Notes: generated from the letters alone by a model not told the origin. 64,000 nt of DNA from Cetorhinus maximus (GCF_964194155.1 NC_135893.1:57288001-57352000); one strand, 5' to 3'; shown: positions 52,175 to 64,000, counted from the first letter of the stretch. Numbers and translations: made by a program.

Positions 52175-53896
52175 ATGGCCCTGAAAGGCAAAAAGACTGC
52201 AGCCCCCAGGTTCAATGAAGCGTCCCTCAAGTGACTTTTGGTCACAGTGGAGGCGCGCCAGGATGTCCTCTGCCCCCGCTCTGGGCACAGGATGGACAGC
52301 AACCTCACCAATCTGGCTTGGGAGGCAGTGGCAGTGTTGGTCAGCGCCAATGCCTTGCAAAAGAGGACAGCCACCCAGTGCAGAAAGAGGATGAATGATC
52401 TCCTCCATTCCACAGCGTAAGTCACTCTTCTCATCGCTCTCAACACACACGCTCACAAACCCATCACACATCCACAGGGCCCTCACTCACTGCCGGTTCA
52501 AGGGACATCACCATTCACTTTCTCACACACACCTTCATTGTCCTCATCCCATCCATGAGACCACTCACCACCCACATATGCCAGGCATACTTATCATCTG
52601 GCCTAAGCAGGCATCCTGCTTATACTCTCTCCATCTCTATCCATGCAGGACAAGTTGGCACACAAGAGAGAGAGCTCGCAGACTGGTGGCAGAATGTCTG
52701 AAATCAAGGTCCTCACGGACTTTGAAAATAGAGCCATCCAGCTGGCCGGCGATGATCTGGACCATTCCTGTGCTGACAGTGAGGTCAGCGGTGCTCTACC
52801 AAGTGACGATTCAGCAGTGCAACACCCATCAGATAACCATGCTGTGAGTGATGTGTCCTGTTTCACAGGCCACTGCCATGCACTAATTATCTCTCCTTGC
52901 TTTCGCAGGCACATCTGGGAAACAGCTGATGGAGTCCATGACCCAGGGCCTCCAATCAAGCCCTGAAGAAATTTCTGAAGAGGAATCTGGAGGCACCCTC
53001 CTTGAAGTCCCCTCACAACATTCATCCACACCCTCCACCAGCGCAGAGACACACACCTCAGTGGGATTTAGCTTTACAGTAGCCTTGGGGTCACAATCTG
53101 GTGAACACATCGCACTATCTGATCTGCAGCAGGTGGCGGCAGGGACTTCCCAGGTTCCCAGCACTCGGAGGACTGCTAGAGGCCAGAAATTTGCTGAGTC
53201 TGAGTTAAATGACAAGCCTCTGGATTCGGTCATGTCACAGTTGCTGGAGATGTAAAGGCAAGCTCGGGAACATCAGGAAGGCATGTCTGCTGCACTCCTT
53301 AGATTGTAAGGCATGATTTAGGAGTCCAACCACCTTCAAGCTGAGGTAATAGCACCGGCATGCCAACACCCCAAGGTCAACACTGGTAGGATGGTGGCCA
53401 CCATGGAGACATTGGTCCAGGACACCAGTGCTGCACTGCTGCGCGGGCTTAACTCCATCGCTGATGCCATAGTTGGCCTCCAACATTGTGTACGCGAGAG
53501 GGGTGCAGGGTAGCTCGACCTCACTCCAGCTTCCCTATCACCTCAAGGAGTCAGCCAGGGACCCTTGGGCACGCATAGGGAGGAGAATCAGCAGGTGCAC
53601 ATCCCGGGACCATCCGCCCAGGTGACTCTGGGAGTGTCCGGCCCATCCGAATCCCCCTCTTCCTGTGACCTCAGCAGCTCCAACTCCACAGACCGAGGAG
53701 GGTGCCACAGCCACACAGCAGGACCCGAAAGCAGGCCGGGGCCCTCCAGGTCTTGGCCCTCCAGAGGATGCCCGTCAAGGTCATCACAGACTTCATCACA
53801 GGGTGGAGCAGTCAGCAGGCTGCTTCCAGCTCCGCTGTGGATGTCCGGGGAGCACCAAGACATGGCGGCAGGGTTAGGAAGGTTAAGGAGATGTAG
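52175..53896 (+). pseudogene. Harbinger Myb/SANT DNA-binding protein gene (three coding exons, disrupted)
   Basis: MALKGKKTAAPRFNEASLK*LLVTVEARQDVL..LAWEAVA..KRTATQCRKRMNDLL|gtaagt (52417); cag|DKLAH..QTGG; exon 3 from ~52909 to the basic tail RVRKVKEM*; AATAAA at 53951. Confidence 0.85.
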
Positions 53897-54558
53897 TTGC
53901 GCAGCCTAGGCAATGGTCTTAATCACTTGTACATACTGTTCACTATTGTCAATAAATTCTCAAGAATGTCTCCCTGCCTGTGGCTCCTTGTTCTGATGAG
54001 CAGTGTTCTTGTCACAAGATAAAGGCAGGTGTCTCAGTCCAGGGCCTCTTCCTGCGCTTTGTGCAGCCTTCAGACCAAAGTGATGGTCCAGCCTCACACT
54101 CCCTGGACATATTACTGATGCCTGCATCTTGGCAGTACTTGTCATTGCTGCCAGAATATAGTGAGCAGACGTCACAGAGTTCCATAATTCTCTCTGGGTG
54201 CTCTCACCAGCATCTGTGACCAGTGACACTGTGCTCCTAAAGGGCTTAGGTGTTGAAGGCTGACAAAGGATCAGACGCTTTTAAAGTTTCACGGCTGCAT
54301 TTCCATGATGTGACCCTGATCACAGAGCACAAGCGAGCTGCCCTCGGCCAACAGGAGTCACACGTTCTCAGAGGCCATGTGAAGATCTATGGAGTGTCCT
54401 CACTGCATATCATCATCATCCTCCTGGAACTGAGTGACTATTAGTACCTCTGCTGCATCTCCATGACAGGAGCATTATCACAGAGGGTATGTGCATTGCC
54501 ATGAGTCAGACAGGAGTCAAACATTCATAGATGCAATGTGAGGATCTATGGTGTCTCC

Positions 54559-55786
54559 TCACTGCAAGTCATCATCATCCTCCACAAAGCTAGCAGCTAT
54601 GATGGCCTCCTGTGCGCGCTTGCCTCATCTGGTCAGTGCAAAGGCCTCATCCCTGTCATCGTCGCCTTTGAGGACCTCCTCGCCCTCATCCCCATTGATG
54701 TCCTCCTCATCGGAGGAGACATGCAGCTCCTCCATCTCCTCCTCAGCCAGCTTCTCTCCCCATTACAGCACCAGGTTGTAAAGGGTGCAGCAGGCAACGA
54801 TGATGCGTGACACCCTCTGTGGACTATGCTGCAGGGCTCCACCAGACCAGTCCAGGCACCAGAACCTCATTTTCAGCATCCCGATTGTTTGCAACACCAA
54901 GTTGCGAGTTGCAGCATGAGCCTCATTATACCTTCACTCTGCTGTAGTCTGAGGCTGCCATACGGGTGTCATCAGCCACGGCCTCTGTGGGTAGCACTAG
55001 TTCCTGAGGAACCAACCCTGCAGCTTCTGTGGACCCTGGAAGACTTCAGGGATCTGTGACCAACTGAGAATGTAAGAGTCATGTACACTCCCTGGAAACC
55101 ATGCACAGACCTGCAGGATGTGTTTGTGGTGGTTGCACACCAGCTGCACATTTAGCGAATGGAACCCCTTGACATAGTTGACTGCGTGTTGTGACGGAGA
55201 TCTGAGCAGTCGATGGCACCCTGCATCTGTGGGAAACCCGAGATCTGGGCAAATCCAGTTGCTCTTGCATTCTGGCTGTCCTGGTCCAGGGTAAAATGCA
55301 CAAAGTTGTGTGCCCTCGCGAAGATGGCATCTGTGACCTCATGGATGCATTTGTGGGTGGAGGCTTGTGATATCCCACAGAGGTCACCTGTGAAACCCTG
55401 AAAGGAGCCACTGGCATAGAAATTGAGCGCCACTGTCACTTTCACAGTCACGGACAGTGGATGCCCTCCATGTCCCTGTGGCGCCAAATCCTGCAGTAGC
55501 TGGCAGATGTGACTGACCAGTCCTCTAGACATGCACAGTCTTTGGTGACACTGGTTCTTGGTCATCTGCAGGAATGAAGGGTGGCGTCTATAGACCCGGG
55601 GTCTAGCTACGCGCCGACCAGCGATGGCTCGCTGTGGCTCTTCGGCAGTGTGTGCGGGAGCCACAGCCGCCCCTTCTCCCAGAGGATACTGCTTCTCCCT
55701 CTGTGCAGGTGCCTCAGTCACTCTCTTCTCCGCTGTCTTCACTGTCTGTAAGCCACAAGACATACAGTTAGGTCACCAGACTCCAT
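54559..55786 (-). pseudogene. Harbinger (HARBI1-family) DDE transposase, frameshifted
   Basis: VKVTVALNFYASGSFQ..DLCGISQ..GFPQMQGAIDC; PGSVHDS; YPQRPWLMTP; YNEAH..TIGMLKMRF; acidic tail; splice acceptor ~20 nt upstream of the ATG. Confidence 0.9.
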
Positions 55787-57009
55787 GATCCTGATGTACT
55801 CCTCCTGCAGGATGAAAGAGAGAGATGCATGGGTTAGTGGGTGTAATAAGAACCTGTCTTGGTTAAGTCTAAAGGCCCCTTAATGCAACCTGGACAGTGC
55901 AGGCCACCACTTGGATGGCCAGAGTTTAGTGCGCTGCATGGCTGCCCAAAACCCCCCCCAACCACCACCCCACTCCACCTGACTGATTGGTAGCAGCTTT
56001 GCCCACTGGACTGCATGCTGTGCTCTCAGCTCAGGCACAGGCATTCTCCTAATCGGCGCTACAAGGCTGCACTGTTAGCTTGAACCATGGGGGAGACTGG
56101 TCCAAACTGGGATGATGACATTGCAAGGGGCTGTGAGCGCCTCCACCAGTGACTGCTTCATGGCCAGCTTTAGCAAGGAGATTGTACAATGTACCCAGTC
56201 GTCCAACTGTTCTGCAGTCCACTAAAATGCTCATTAGTTTGCAGTCTGTGCCCAAGGGGTGAAAAGCTCTCGAGCACTTAGTGGCACTTTAATGCCTCTG
56301 TGTTGCTTGAGTGGGCAGATAAGCTAGAAGCCTGACTCCAATCATATCAATGTGGCTGTGCCTAAACTGTCTCAGCTGCAGAGGAATGGCCACCTTATAA
56401 AGGTTTCCCTAATGCGTGGCTACTACCCCCCCCACCCAAAGCCCCCCAACCCACACGTGCTTATGCACTACCTTCAACTGCAGGGCAGCCCTTCGCCCAC
56501 CCCCAAGTTGCCTCAACCACAGGGCAGCCCTTGCCGCCCCCACCCCCCAAAGCGCTTCAACATTGAAGTCCAACAGGTGACCCAGGCGGGTGCTCCGCAA
56601 CATTGCTGTGTACTCGCCTCAGGGTTCCGCTCAAAGTGCAGCCCGCCAAGTGCATGCCTTTTATATGCTGTTGTGAAACATGTTGACGTGCAATCACGCC
56701 GATGTGGGCGGACAATCCAGCGGGGGGTGGTGGGGAATGATTCCGGCGGGCTGGCCTTATAATGATATGCAGATATGTTACAATGAGGTTCCCAACGTCC
56801 AATGGCGGGAAACGCGGCCCGCCATCAGCGGGCAGAGTGAACGACCGCAACCTGGTTTCACGACGTTGTGAAACCGATTTTTGGCCTTCTCACCAATATT
56901 GTCCCCTCACTCCACCGAACACGCCTGATGCCAGTGGGCACGGAAAATTCCAGCCTGAGTAAATCTTGCATTCTGTTGTCATTTGCTTGAAGCGCTTTTT
57001 ACACACCAA

Positions 57010-57708
57010 CGGCTGAATTATAATGGGGCCTGCAGGAGCGAACTGGGAGGTGGGTGGGGGGTCTGAAAAATCAGGAAGGAAGGTGAGGGCTGGCATGCCC
57101 ATCACCTTCCTGCCCCCATAGTATTCGACCAGTGGTGGGACAGGCGGAGAACATCCCTCCTGCCCAGATTCCAATTGTGCCACTTAAGTGGCAAATTAAA
57201 GGTTACTTCCCACCATCACTGGCTTTATACCAGCAGCAGCTCAGCCACATGAGGAGGCTGCCTGGTGAACTCCTGCAGGCTCAGGGTCAAGGGCCCTCCT
57301 AATCGGGCTCCCTGTAACCCACAGAAGGGTTGCCTAGCGACAGTGTCCACCCCCAGGGCAACACGGCCCCTGATCTCACCAAACCTCCTCCCCCCGCTGG
57401 AGTCTGCCTGACTAGCCCCGGCAACTCGCGACCCCACTTCCCTTACCGAGAGGCTGCTGTACCAGCCGGGTGCAATTCCAGCAGTGGCCACCACACCCGG
57501 TAGCACTGCTGGGACTGATTAATTGGCCAGCAGCTCTTTGAGACGGGAATCTCATCCCTTAAAGGGACAGGAGCCCCAACAAGGGGACTCATTTGCTGCC
57601 TGATTGCCACTGAAACTGGTTGGATTCCCCAAAGCGGCCGAGGTGGTAGTTGCCCCCGTCTTTCCAATCTGTTGTCGAGGCCGCCGCTGCCCCAACAAAA
57701 TCCAGTCC
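57010..57708. mobile_element. Harbinger-type MITE (~700 bp)
   Basis: CGGCTGAATTAT ... AAAATCCAGTCC; subterminal CCACTTAAGTGG palindrome; TSD not preserved. Confidence 0.72.
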
Positions 57709-57769
57709 GAGTGCGCAAAAGAGAGTTTGTCGTGTTTGTTTGTTTGTTTATTTATTTGCAGCTGGGATT

Positions 57770-58160
57770 CCCTCTGAAGAAGTTAATAATCCAGTAGTAA
57801 CCCAGACAACGTGAATTCAAATCCCATTCCTCCCCCTCCACCAACGCACCTCCACCAACATCGCACCCCACCCCCCCCCCCCCCCCCCACCACCACCACC
57901 CCGACCACCCATTGCAGGTTTGAGAATTTTGAAATTGGTGAAAATAAAAAACTGGCCTGAGTAAAAGTCGCCGTGATGCTGTTGGGTTGTCCTTTGGGGA
58001 AGGAAAGCTCCCGTCTTTAGTCTAGTCCCATATGTGACTCAAGTCCCATGGCTCCGTGGTTGGTTCTGAAGTGGGGCTAGCAGACCACTCACTTGTATCA
58101 AAATCTAACCAAGGGATGCTGGTCTTGCCAGTGACACCCACGTTCTGAGAATGTTTTTTT
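57770..58160 (+). mobile_element. Decayed tRNA-derived SINE of the 27928 family
   Basis: GAATTCAAATCCC B-box-like motif, ATGTGACTC core, GCCAGTGACACCCAC tail. Confidence 0.55.
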
Positions 58161-59514
58161 TTAAGTTGACTTCTTTAAACCTCTCTCTCCTGGAAACTTA
58201 CCAGTTCAACTAAGATTTTATTCATCACCCCACCCCCGTATAATTTCTCTTTCTGTGGCTTGGTATCGATTTTTGCCTGATTATATTTTCCTATGTTAAA
58301 AGGCGCTATATAAATGCAAGTGTTATTGCTGATCATGATTTGCTATATTGCTGTCCTAAGCTTTTTTTCCCCCATTCCTGCTCTACTGTCCTGAATGTTA
58401 CGTGTGGTAAAATCATGGGCTGTGCACGTTCAAGTGTCAGGGCTCAGTGGGAGCTAACGTTGCATCCCGAGTCCAGAGCCATGTCCCTTGAAGTGTAGGA
58501 TTGTCCTTTATATTCCAATTTCTATGTGAACAGACAATTGCCCAATGATTACACATTGAGAGTTGGGCTTTCAAAAGACAGTTGTAAGGAGCATTATTGA
58601 AACATTGGAGCTTCACTTAATTAACTCACTGACAACTTGCACCCAGTATGAACCAGAACCCAGATGCAGCATCTTTACTCCTATATATATAAGAGATGGG
58701 ATCGGCAATAAGATGCATGTTCCAAGTTAATCTGCAGCAGTCCAACATGTGTCAGGTTACCTGAATGCAGATTATGGTAAGGTTAATCATTCACATGAAG
58801 AGTCACTGAAGAATTACTGAAAAGCAGCTAGAAGGCTAATTTTGGCTTAATATCCTCCAAATGCCTTGCAGTCCGAGCCAGTGTATTGTTGGAGGGAATG
58901 GTATGGAGGAGGGACAGGGGTCAAAGGATAATGCATATTCAGGAAATATAACATCCAGATCTGCAAGGATCCTTCCGCCTCCAAGATTCTCTGTGAAAGA
59001 TTTTGGAATGAAAGTATCTCTCCTGCTTCAGGCACTTTGTCATTCATTATCTTTGCTCTCCAATATTGGGGGCTGGTGGCTTTTCCTCAGATCTCTGCCA
59101 GTGAGGTTCTGGCACTGCCTTGTGATACCTGAAGCTGGCCCAAGATGACTCAATCTCTGATTGCTTCTTAAAGAATGTGCCTTCACTCAGTGTCTGCCAC
59201 TGATGGCAACGAATATGTTTGGAGGGTCTCACCTTGAGAGCCTGTTTAAAACCCTGCTCCCTCAAGCACAGCGATAGGCTGAGTAAATTTGCTTTGTCAA
59301 CATTTTCCAGTAAAATTTAATGCTCAATTTTTAATCCAGACTTTAATTAGTTCACTTCCCATATCTGTGATTGATTGAAAAGCAGATCAACTCCAGGCTG
59401 ACACTCCCAGTGCAATGCAGAGGGAGGTGGTGCCATCTTTCCATTGTCCATGTTCAACTGGGGCCCTGCTTTCCCTCTCAGGTGGATTTAAATGAGGAGA
59501 GGGGGAGGATTTTT

Positions 59515-60013
59515 TTATTCTCTCATGGGATGTGGGCGTCGCTGGCTAGGCCAGCATTTTTATTACCCATCCCTAATTGCCCTTGAGAAGGTGGTGGTGA
59601 GCCACTGCCTTGAACTACTGCAGTCCATGTGGTGCAGGTACATTGTTAGTGCTGGGAGGGAAGGAGTTCCAGGATTTTGACCCAGCAACAGTGAAGGAAG
59701 AGTGAAGGACGATATAGTTCCAAGTCAGGATGGTGAGTGGCTTGGAGGAGAACTTGCAGGCGGTGGTGTCCTGCTGTCCTTGTCCTTCTAGGTGATAGAG
59801 GTCATGGGTTTGGAGGGTGCCGTTGAAGGAGCCTTGGTGGCTGCTGCAGTGCATCTTATGGGTGGCACACACTGCTGTCACTGTGTGTCGGTGATGGAGG
59901 GAATAGATGTTAAAAGTGGTGGATGGGGTGCCAATCAAGCAGGCTGCTTTGTCCTGGATGGTGTCAAGCTTCTTGAATGTTGTTGGAACTGCACTCAACC
60001 AGGCAAGTGAAGA
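59515..60013 (-). mobile_element. 3' fragment of the same LINE family as 43300-44451
   Basis: SSLAWLSAVPTTFKKLDTIQDKAACLIG..SKSWNSF and a matching tail. Confidence 0.88.
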
Positions 60014-60752
60014 GTAATAAGAAGGTGTGGAGAAGTGATGGGGGTGGCTAGGAGGAGGGGCAAAGGGAGCAGGGATGATGTGGAAGGGGAGCAAGGGAGA
60101 AGAGAAATAGGAAGGTAGGAAAGGAGAAGAGAAAGGCAAGAATGTGTGAGGGGAGGGAGAGGAGGAGGAAGGAGAGGTTCAGGGCTAGTAGCAAATACCA
60201 GTATAAATTACTGGAATAGACTGCACACTAACCCCTTCCGCATGTTACTTGAGTTGTTACTAATTATTTAGATGACCTCTAGTGGCCTCTACTACAACAA
60301 CAATAACATATATTTGTGTTGCGCATTGGTAGTTGAGAATCTCATTTACTGAAATGTCCTGATTATATATCTGCATCATTTACTGAATCATCAGAAGCTT
60401 GTTTTACAGAGGGAACAGTTGCTACATGATAGGTGGATGAAGTACTAGAACTTACAATTGGTTAAGGACTGCACAGACTTAAAAATGGGTAACGTGAACT
60501 TTATTGTTAGTCTGTCTCTAACTTGTTTATTTTAATGCTGCCAGCTGACACTCTGACACTGACGCTGCAATGCACATGTGCAGGAAGTGCTGCCCCTAGT
60601 GTTGTGGCACAAATAAACAGTCCACCTTTAATGCAATAAAACATCCTCTGGCACTTTACAAAGTGAGTTATGCAGAAGAATAGACAAAACCATGATGTGA
60701 GAGTTAAGATAGATGGTCGAAAGCTTTGTAAATCAGTTAAGGCCAAGGTTAG

Positions 60753-61859
60753 TGTTATGAAGATGTGTTATATAGAATATAAATTATGATGTCTTTGGCT
60801 GGATAGATACTAGCTTATAATGTCATCGGCTGGATATACATATATAAAATTTAGAACTTTTTGCAAAGAATTTTGCTAAGCAAATGACCCTGCTTACAAC
60901 AACTGCTATGTTGCATTTGCGAAGGACACAAGCTGCTTTATGGAGACACAGAGTCTCTGGAGCTCTCAGAGACAGTGGTTAAGATAAGCCTAGATTGAAA
61001 CCAGAGAGTGGTCACGTGACCCCACTCTTGGGTGTAAAATATACTGAATTTGAACTAACAGTCAGAGAGACTGCTACAGGGACAACAGCATTACCATTCC
61101 CTCCCTTTTTCTCTGAAACCTCTCTCATCAAAGCTGAGCTGTTTGTGAACAGAAGACCTCATTGCTGCAAACTGAGAGTTTTTAATTGAGGATTCCAAAC
61201 CAACGTCACTGTCTCCGAGAAAAAACAGAATCAACCAATCGACTGCAGACCGACTGCTGTAGTGAGAAACCCACCTGTAAACTCAGCTGTAAACAAGCAT
61301 TTGGACAATCAGTGAATAATTTTTTATTGCTGACTTTAATTTTCACTTGGCCAAGTTTTAAGATCTGATACTCTGCAGAGTTTTATTTCTTTTTATGCGT
61401 GCTTGGGGGGGTTGTTTTTACATTAGCGGGTAGTTGGACGTATTTGTACATTTTAAACCTTTTGTGAAGAATTTCTACATCTTTACCTGAGTGAGTTTTA
61501 GTGATAAAACTAACTCTTCACTTGTTAACTTAAGGAGCTTGGCTGGCGTATTTCTTACACCGAGCTATACAGTTAAGTACATATTGAATTAGCAATATCA
61601 CATCTCTTTTTAAAATTCAATCTCTGTTATAACCAATAAAATAAAAGCAAAATACTACAGACGCTGGAGATCTGAAATGAAAATAGAAAGTACTGGAAAA
61701 ACTCAGCAGGTCTGGCAGCATCTGTGGAAAGAGAAACAGAGTTAACGTTTCGAGTCCAATAAGACCATTCTTCGAATTCTGTTTTCATTTCTGTTATAAC
61801 CAACCCAGGAGTGGGACAAGGAGAGGAGTCAGTTCAACCCTCCTAACCTGGCCGTAACA
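60753..61859. mobile_element. Probable Gypsy-type solo LTR
   Basis: Ends TGTTATG...CGTAACA (TG..CA with a short inverted repeat); 4-bp flanks TTAG/TTGG. Confidence 0.65.
61637..61789 (-). mobile_element. Miniature Penelope-derived insertion with a perfect 14-bp TSD, nested in the LTR
   Basis: TCTGTTATAACCAA at 61623-61636 and 61790-61803; body matches the PLE terminus and has a degenerate hammerhead motif. Confidence 0.85.
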
Positions 61860-62039
61860 TTGGAAGACCCAGTTCAGCAGGCCTGGTTATGTGAATGTTT
61901 GAAAATCAAGGTTAGTAAGAGCAGAATATTCTGCTTCCACCATTCACAATTCCACAAGTGGCATTATCAGATCATTGCACGAATGAAGATCATGACTGTG
62001 CCCATTTAAGTCTTCAAAATCTCATTTTGCATTAATTTT

Positions 62040-62620
62040 AATTTTCCATAGCTCCCTAGATTGTGAGGGATGACACGAAAAGATTGGAAGATAGGATTTA
62101 ATTCAGAGAAGAAGGAAGAGATGAACTGCAGGCCAGTGAGTTTAATGGTGTCCAAATTGCTGAAATGTTTCATCGGGGGCAGAGTAATTAGCACTTGGTG
62201 ATTTATACTTCAATTAGGGAGAGTTAATATGGTTTTGCAAAAGATAACCTGTTTCTAACTAATCGAACAGAGTTCTTGGGTCAGTATTGCACATGAAAAG
62301 AGGAGGACCAGTGGAGGTGAGTGGATTTTCTGAAGGCATTTGATTAGGTTTCACTCAAGAGACTACTGCCAGCTGAGCTGCACAGAACTTGAGAGCTTGG
62401 TAACTTGGTTAGGAAACTAGTTGGGAAGTAGGTGATAGTTGGGATAAACAGAGCATTCTTTTAGTGACAAGTGCTGTGGGGACAGTGTCCAAGTTTCCAG
62501 ATGGTACTGAGCTTGGAAGCAGAGGAAACTGGTCCGAAAATTGCAAAACACTATTAACTAAGCCAGTGGGCAGATTGAAGGCAGATGCAGTTTAATGAAA
62601 ATGAAATCGTTCAATATATG
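62040..62620 (+). mobile_element. Very old CR1 RT fragment
   Basis: Remnants of NCRPVSL, CFLTN and DFLKAFD. Confidence 0.55.
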
Positions 62621-62624
62621 ATCG

Positions 62625-63062
62625 AAAGAAAGATTTGCATTTAGAGAGCACATTTTACAACCTCAGAATGTCCCAAAGACCTACACAGCCACTGAAGTGC
62701 TTTTGAAATTTAATTATTTTTGTAATGTTTGAAACGTAACCAACTTGAGCACAGCAAGGTATCACAAACTGCAATGAGATAATAACCAGATTGTCTGTTT
62801 CAATGAAAAAATTGGCCAGGACACTGAGGAGAATCTCCCTACTCTTCTCCCGTTAATACATGGGATCTTTTGCATCCATCTGAGAGGGCAGACAGGGCTT
62901 TGGTTTAACTTCTCACCTAAAAGATGGCATCTCCAACAATGCAGCATTCCCTCGGTGCTGCAGTGTTAAGTTTAAATTGTGTGCTCACGTCTCTGGATTG
63001 GTAATTAAACCCATTACTCTCTGATTTTGAGGTGGAGGAGATACCGCTGACCATGGCTGACA
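62625..63062 (-). mobile_element. Deu-domain-type SINE (SacSINE1-like)
   Basis: Same tail, core and head as 39061-39475. Confidence 0.8.
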
Positions 63063-63425
63063 AAATCGGTGAAACGTGAGGGCCAATTGTGCAAACCTCA
63101 ACACATATCAAGGAAATGAATAGGGAGGCAAATCGTATGGGGTGCATCTGAATTTCCTAAATATATTTTGATGGGTTAAAGTCCTAGCAGTAGTGCATAT
63201 TAGGTGGTGGTGGTGAGTTCAGATCAATCAGCAGGCAACAGGTTGTTGAGTCTGGTTACATGTTCCTTTATCATTCAATTCTTGAATAGTACTGGGATAT
63301 ATCACCAGAGTACTGGGGAATTATTATGTAAAATTGGCACATTTCCACTGGGAAAGAGAAGGTTCAAAGGAGGTAGGATTCTAAAGGGACGAGATAATAC
63401 TAAATATGAGAGGCTGTTACATTTT

Positions 63426-64000
63426 GGGCAGAATTTTCCATGCCCGCTGGCATCGGGTGTGCTCGGTGGCACGAGCAGACAATATGGCAAGAAGGCCAGA
63501 AATCAGTTTCACAACATCGTGAAACCAGTTTGCAATTGTCTGCTCCGCCTGTCGATGGCGGGCTGTGTTTCCCACCATCAGACGTCAGGAACCTCATTGT
63601 AATACATCTGCATATCATTATAAGGCCAGCCTGCCAGAATCATCCCCCCGGCCCCGCTGGATCGTCCGCCCACATCGGCAGGAAAACACACACGTGCAGA
63701 ACACGGCTTGACAAGTATGACATGCAGGAGTTGGGACTTACCCGCCAGGGCCTTGCTCACATCGCGGACATCTGAGAAGCCAGAAGGTGCTGGAGCCCGA
63801 CAGCAATAGGACCTTGGAGGAACGCCCATTGCATGCTGGGTGAATTCTCATGGACATGGCTCTGCTGCAAAGCAGCTCATCGAAGTTGCAAAATCACTGT
63901 TGAGGGTCTGCTCACAAGGATGATGGTCGAGAGGGTGAAGAGGAAAGTCCAGCTGTGTTTGGGAGAGGAAGATGTATGCAGGGGTGGGAGAGGAAGGCCT
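63426..64000. mobile_element. Harbinger-family element end, an inverted homolog of 56700-56955; runs off the right edge
   Basis: TIR GGGCAGAATTTT; ~250 bp are reverse-complement similar to the right end of the 5-kb element. Confidence 0.85.

Larger units (their letters stand above)
51899..56955. mobile_element. Full-length decayed PIF/Harbinger transposon (~5.06 kb) in HS3ST2 intron 1
   Basis: Imperfect TIRs GGTGGAATT / AATTCCAGCC, flanks TAA/TGA; contains convergent Myb/SANT and transposase genes. Confidence 0.9.

Noticed and set aside
54559-55786. Domesticated host gene HARBI1 (and NAIF1 for the Myb gene)
   Set aside because: Frameshifts and stops, and it lies between TIRs beside a Myb partner, so it is a transposon copy
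30191-64000. HS3ST2 exon 2 (remainder of the sulfotransferase domain)
   Set aside because: No EKTP/RDPV-type motifs in any listed ORF; probably beyond the window

Overview
Eukaryotic, repeat-dense genomic DNA, inferred to be a cartilaginous fish (shark/ray) from its repeat families. Only one host gene is recognisable: coding exon 1 of HS3ST2 (heparan sulfate glucosamine 3-O-sulfotransferase 2, + strand, 29628-30190) with a GC-rich promoter/5'UTR. Everything downstream appears to be its long first intron, and I did not find exon 2. The rest consists of minisatellites, CR1/L2-clade LINEs (one with a nearly intact ORF2), Deu-domain-type and other tRNA-derived SINEs, a probable Gypsy solo LTR, Penelope-like element (PLE) remnants and PIF/Harbinger DNA transposons. 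Two things stand out. (1) A three-tier Harbinger family: one complete but decayed two-gene element (spliced Myb/SANT gene and DDE transposase, convergent), two elements in which only the Myb/SANT gene is seen, and several ~0.7-kb MITEs with 3-bp TSDs and a shared subterminal CTTAAG palindrome. (2) A 1.37-kb fold-back PLE with a minimal hammerhead-ribozyme motif in each arm, plus miniature PLE derivatives with 13-14-bp TSDs. Most ORFs in the supplied track are artefacts of tandem repeats or antisense TE sequence. All comparisons were made by eye, and no database search was run.
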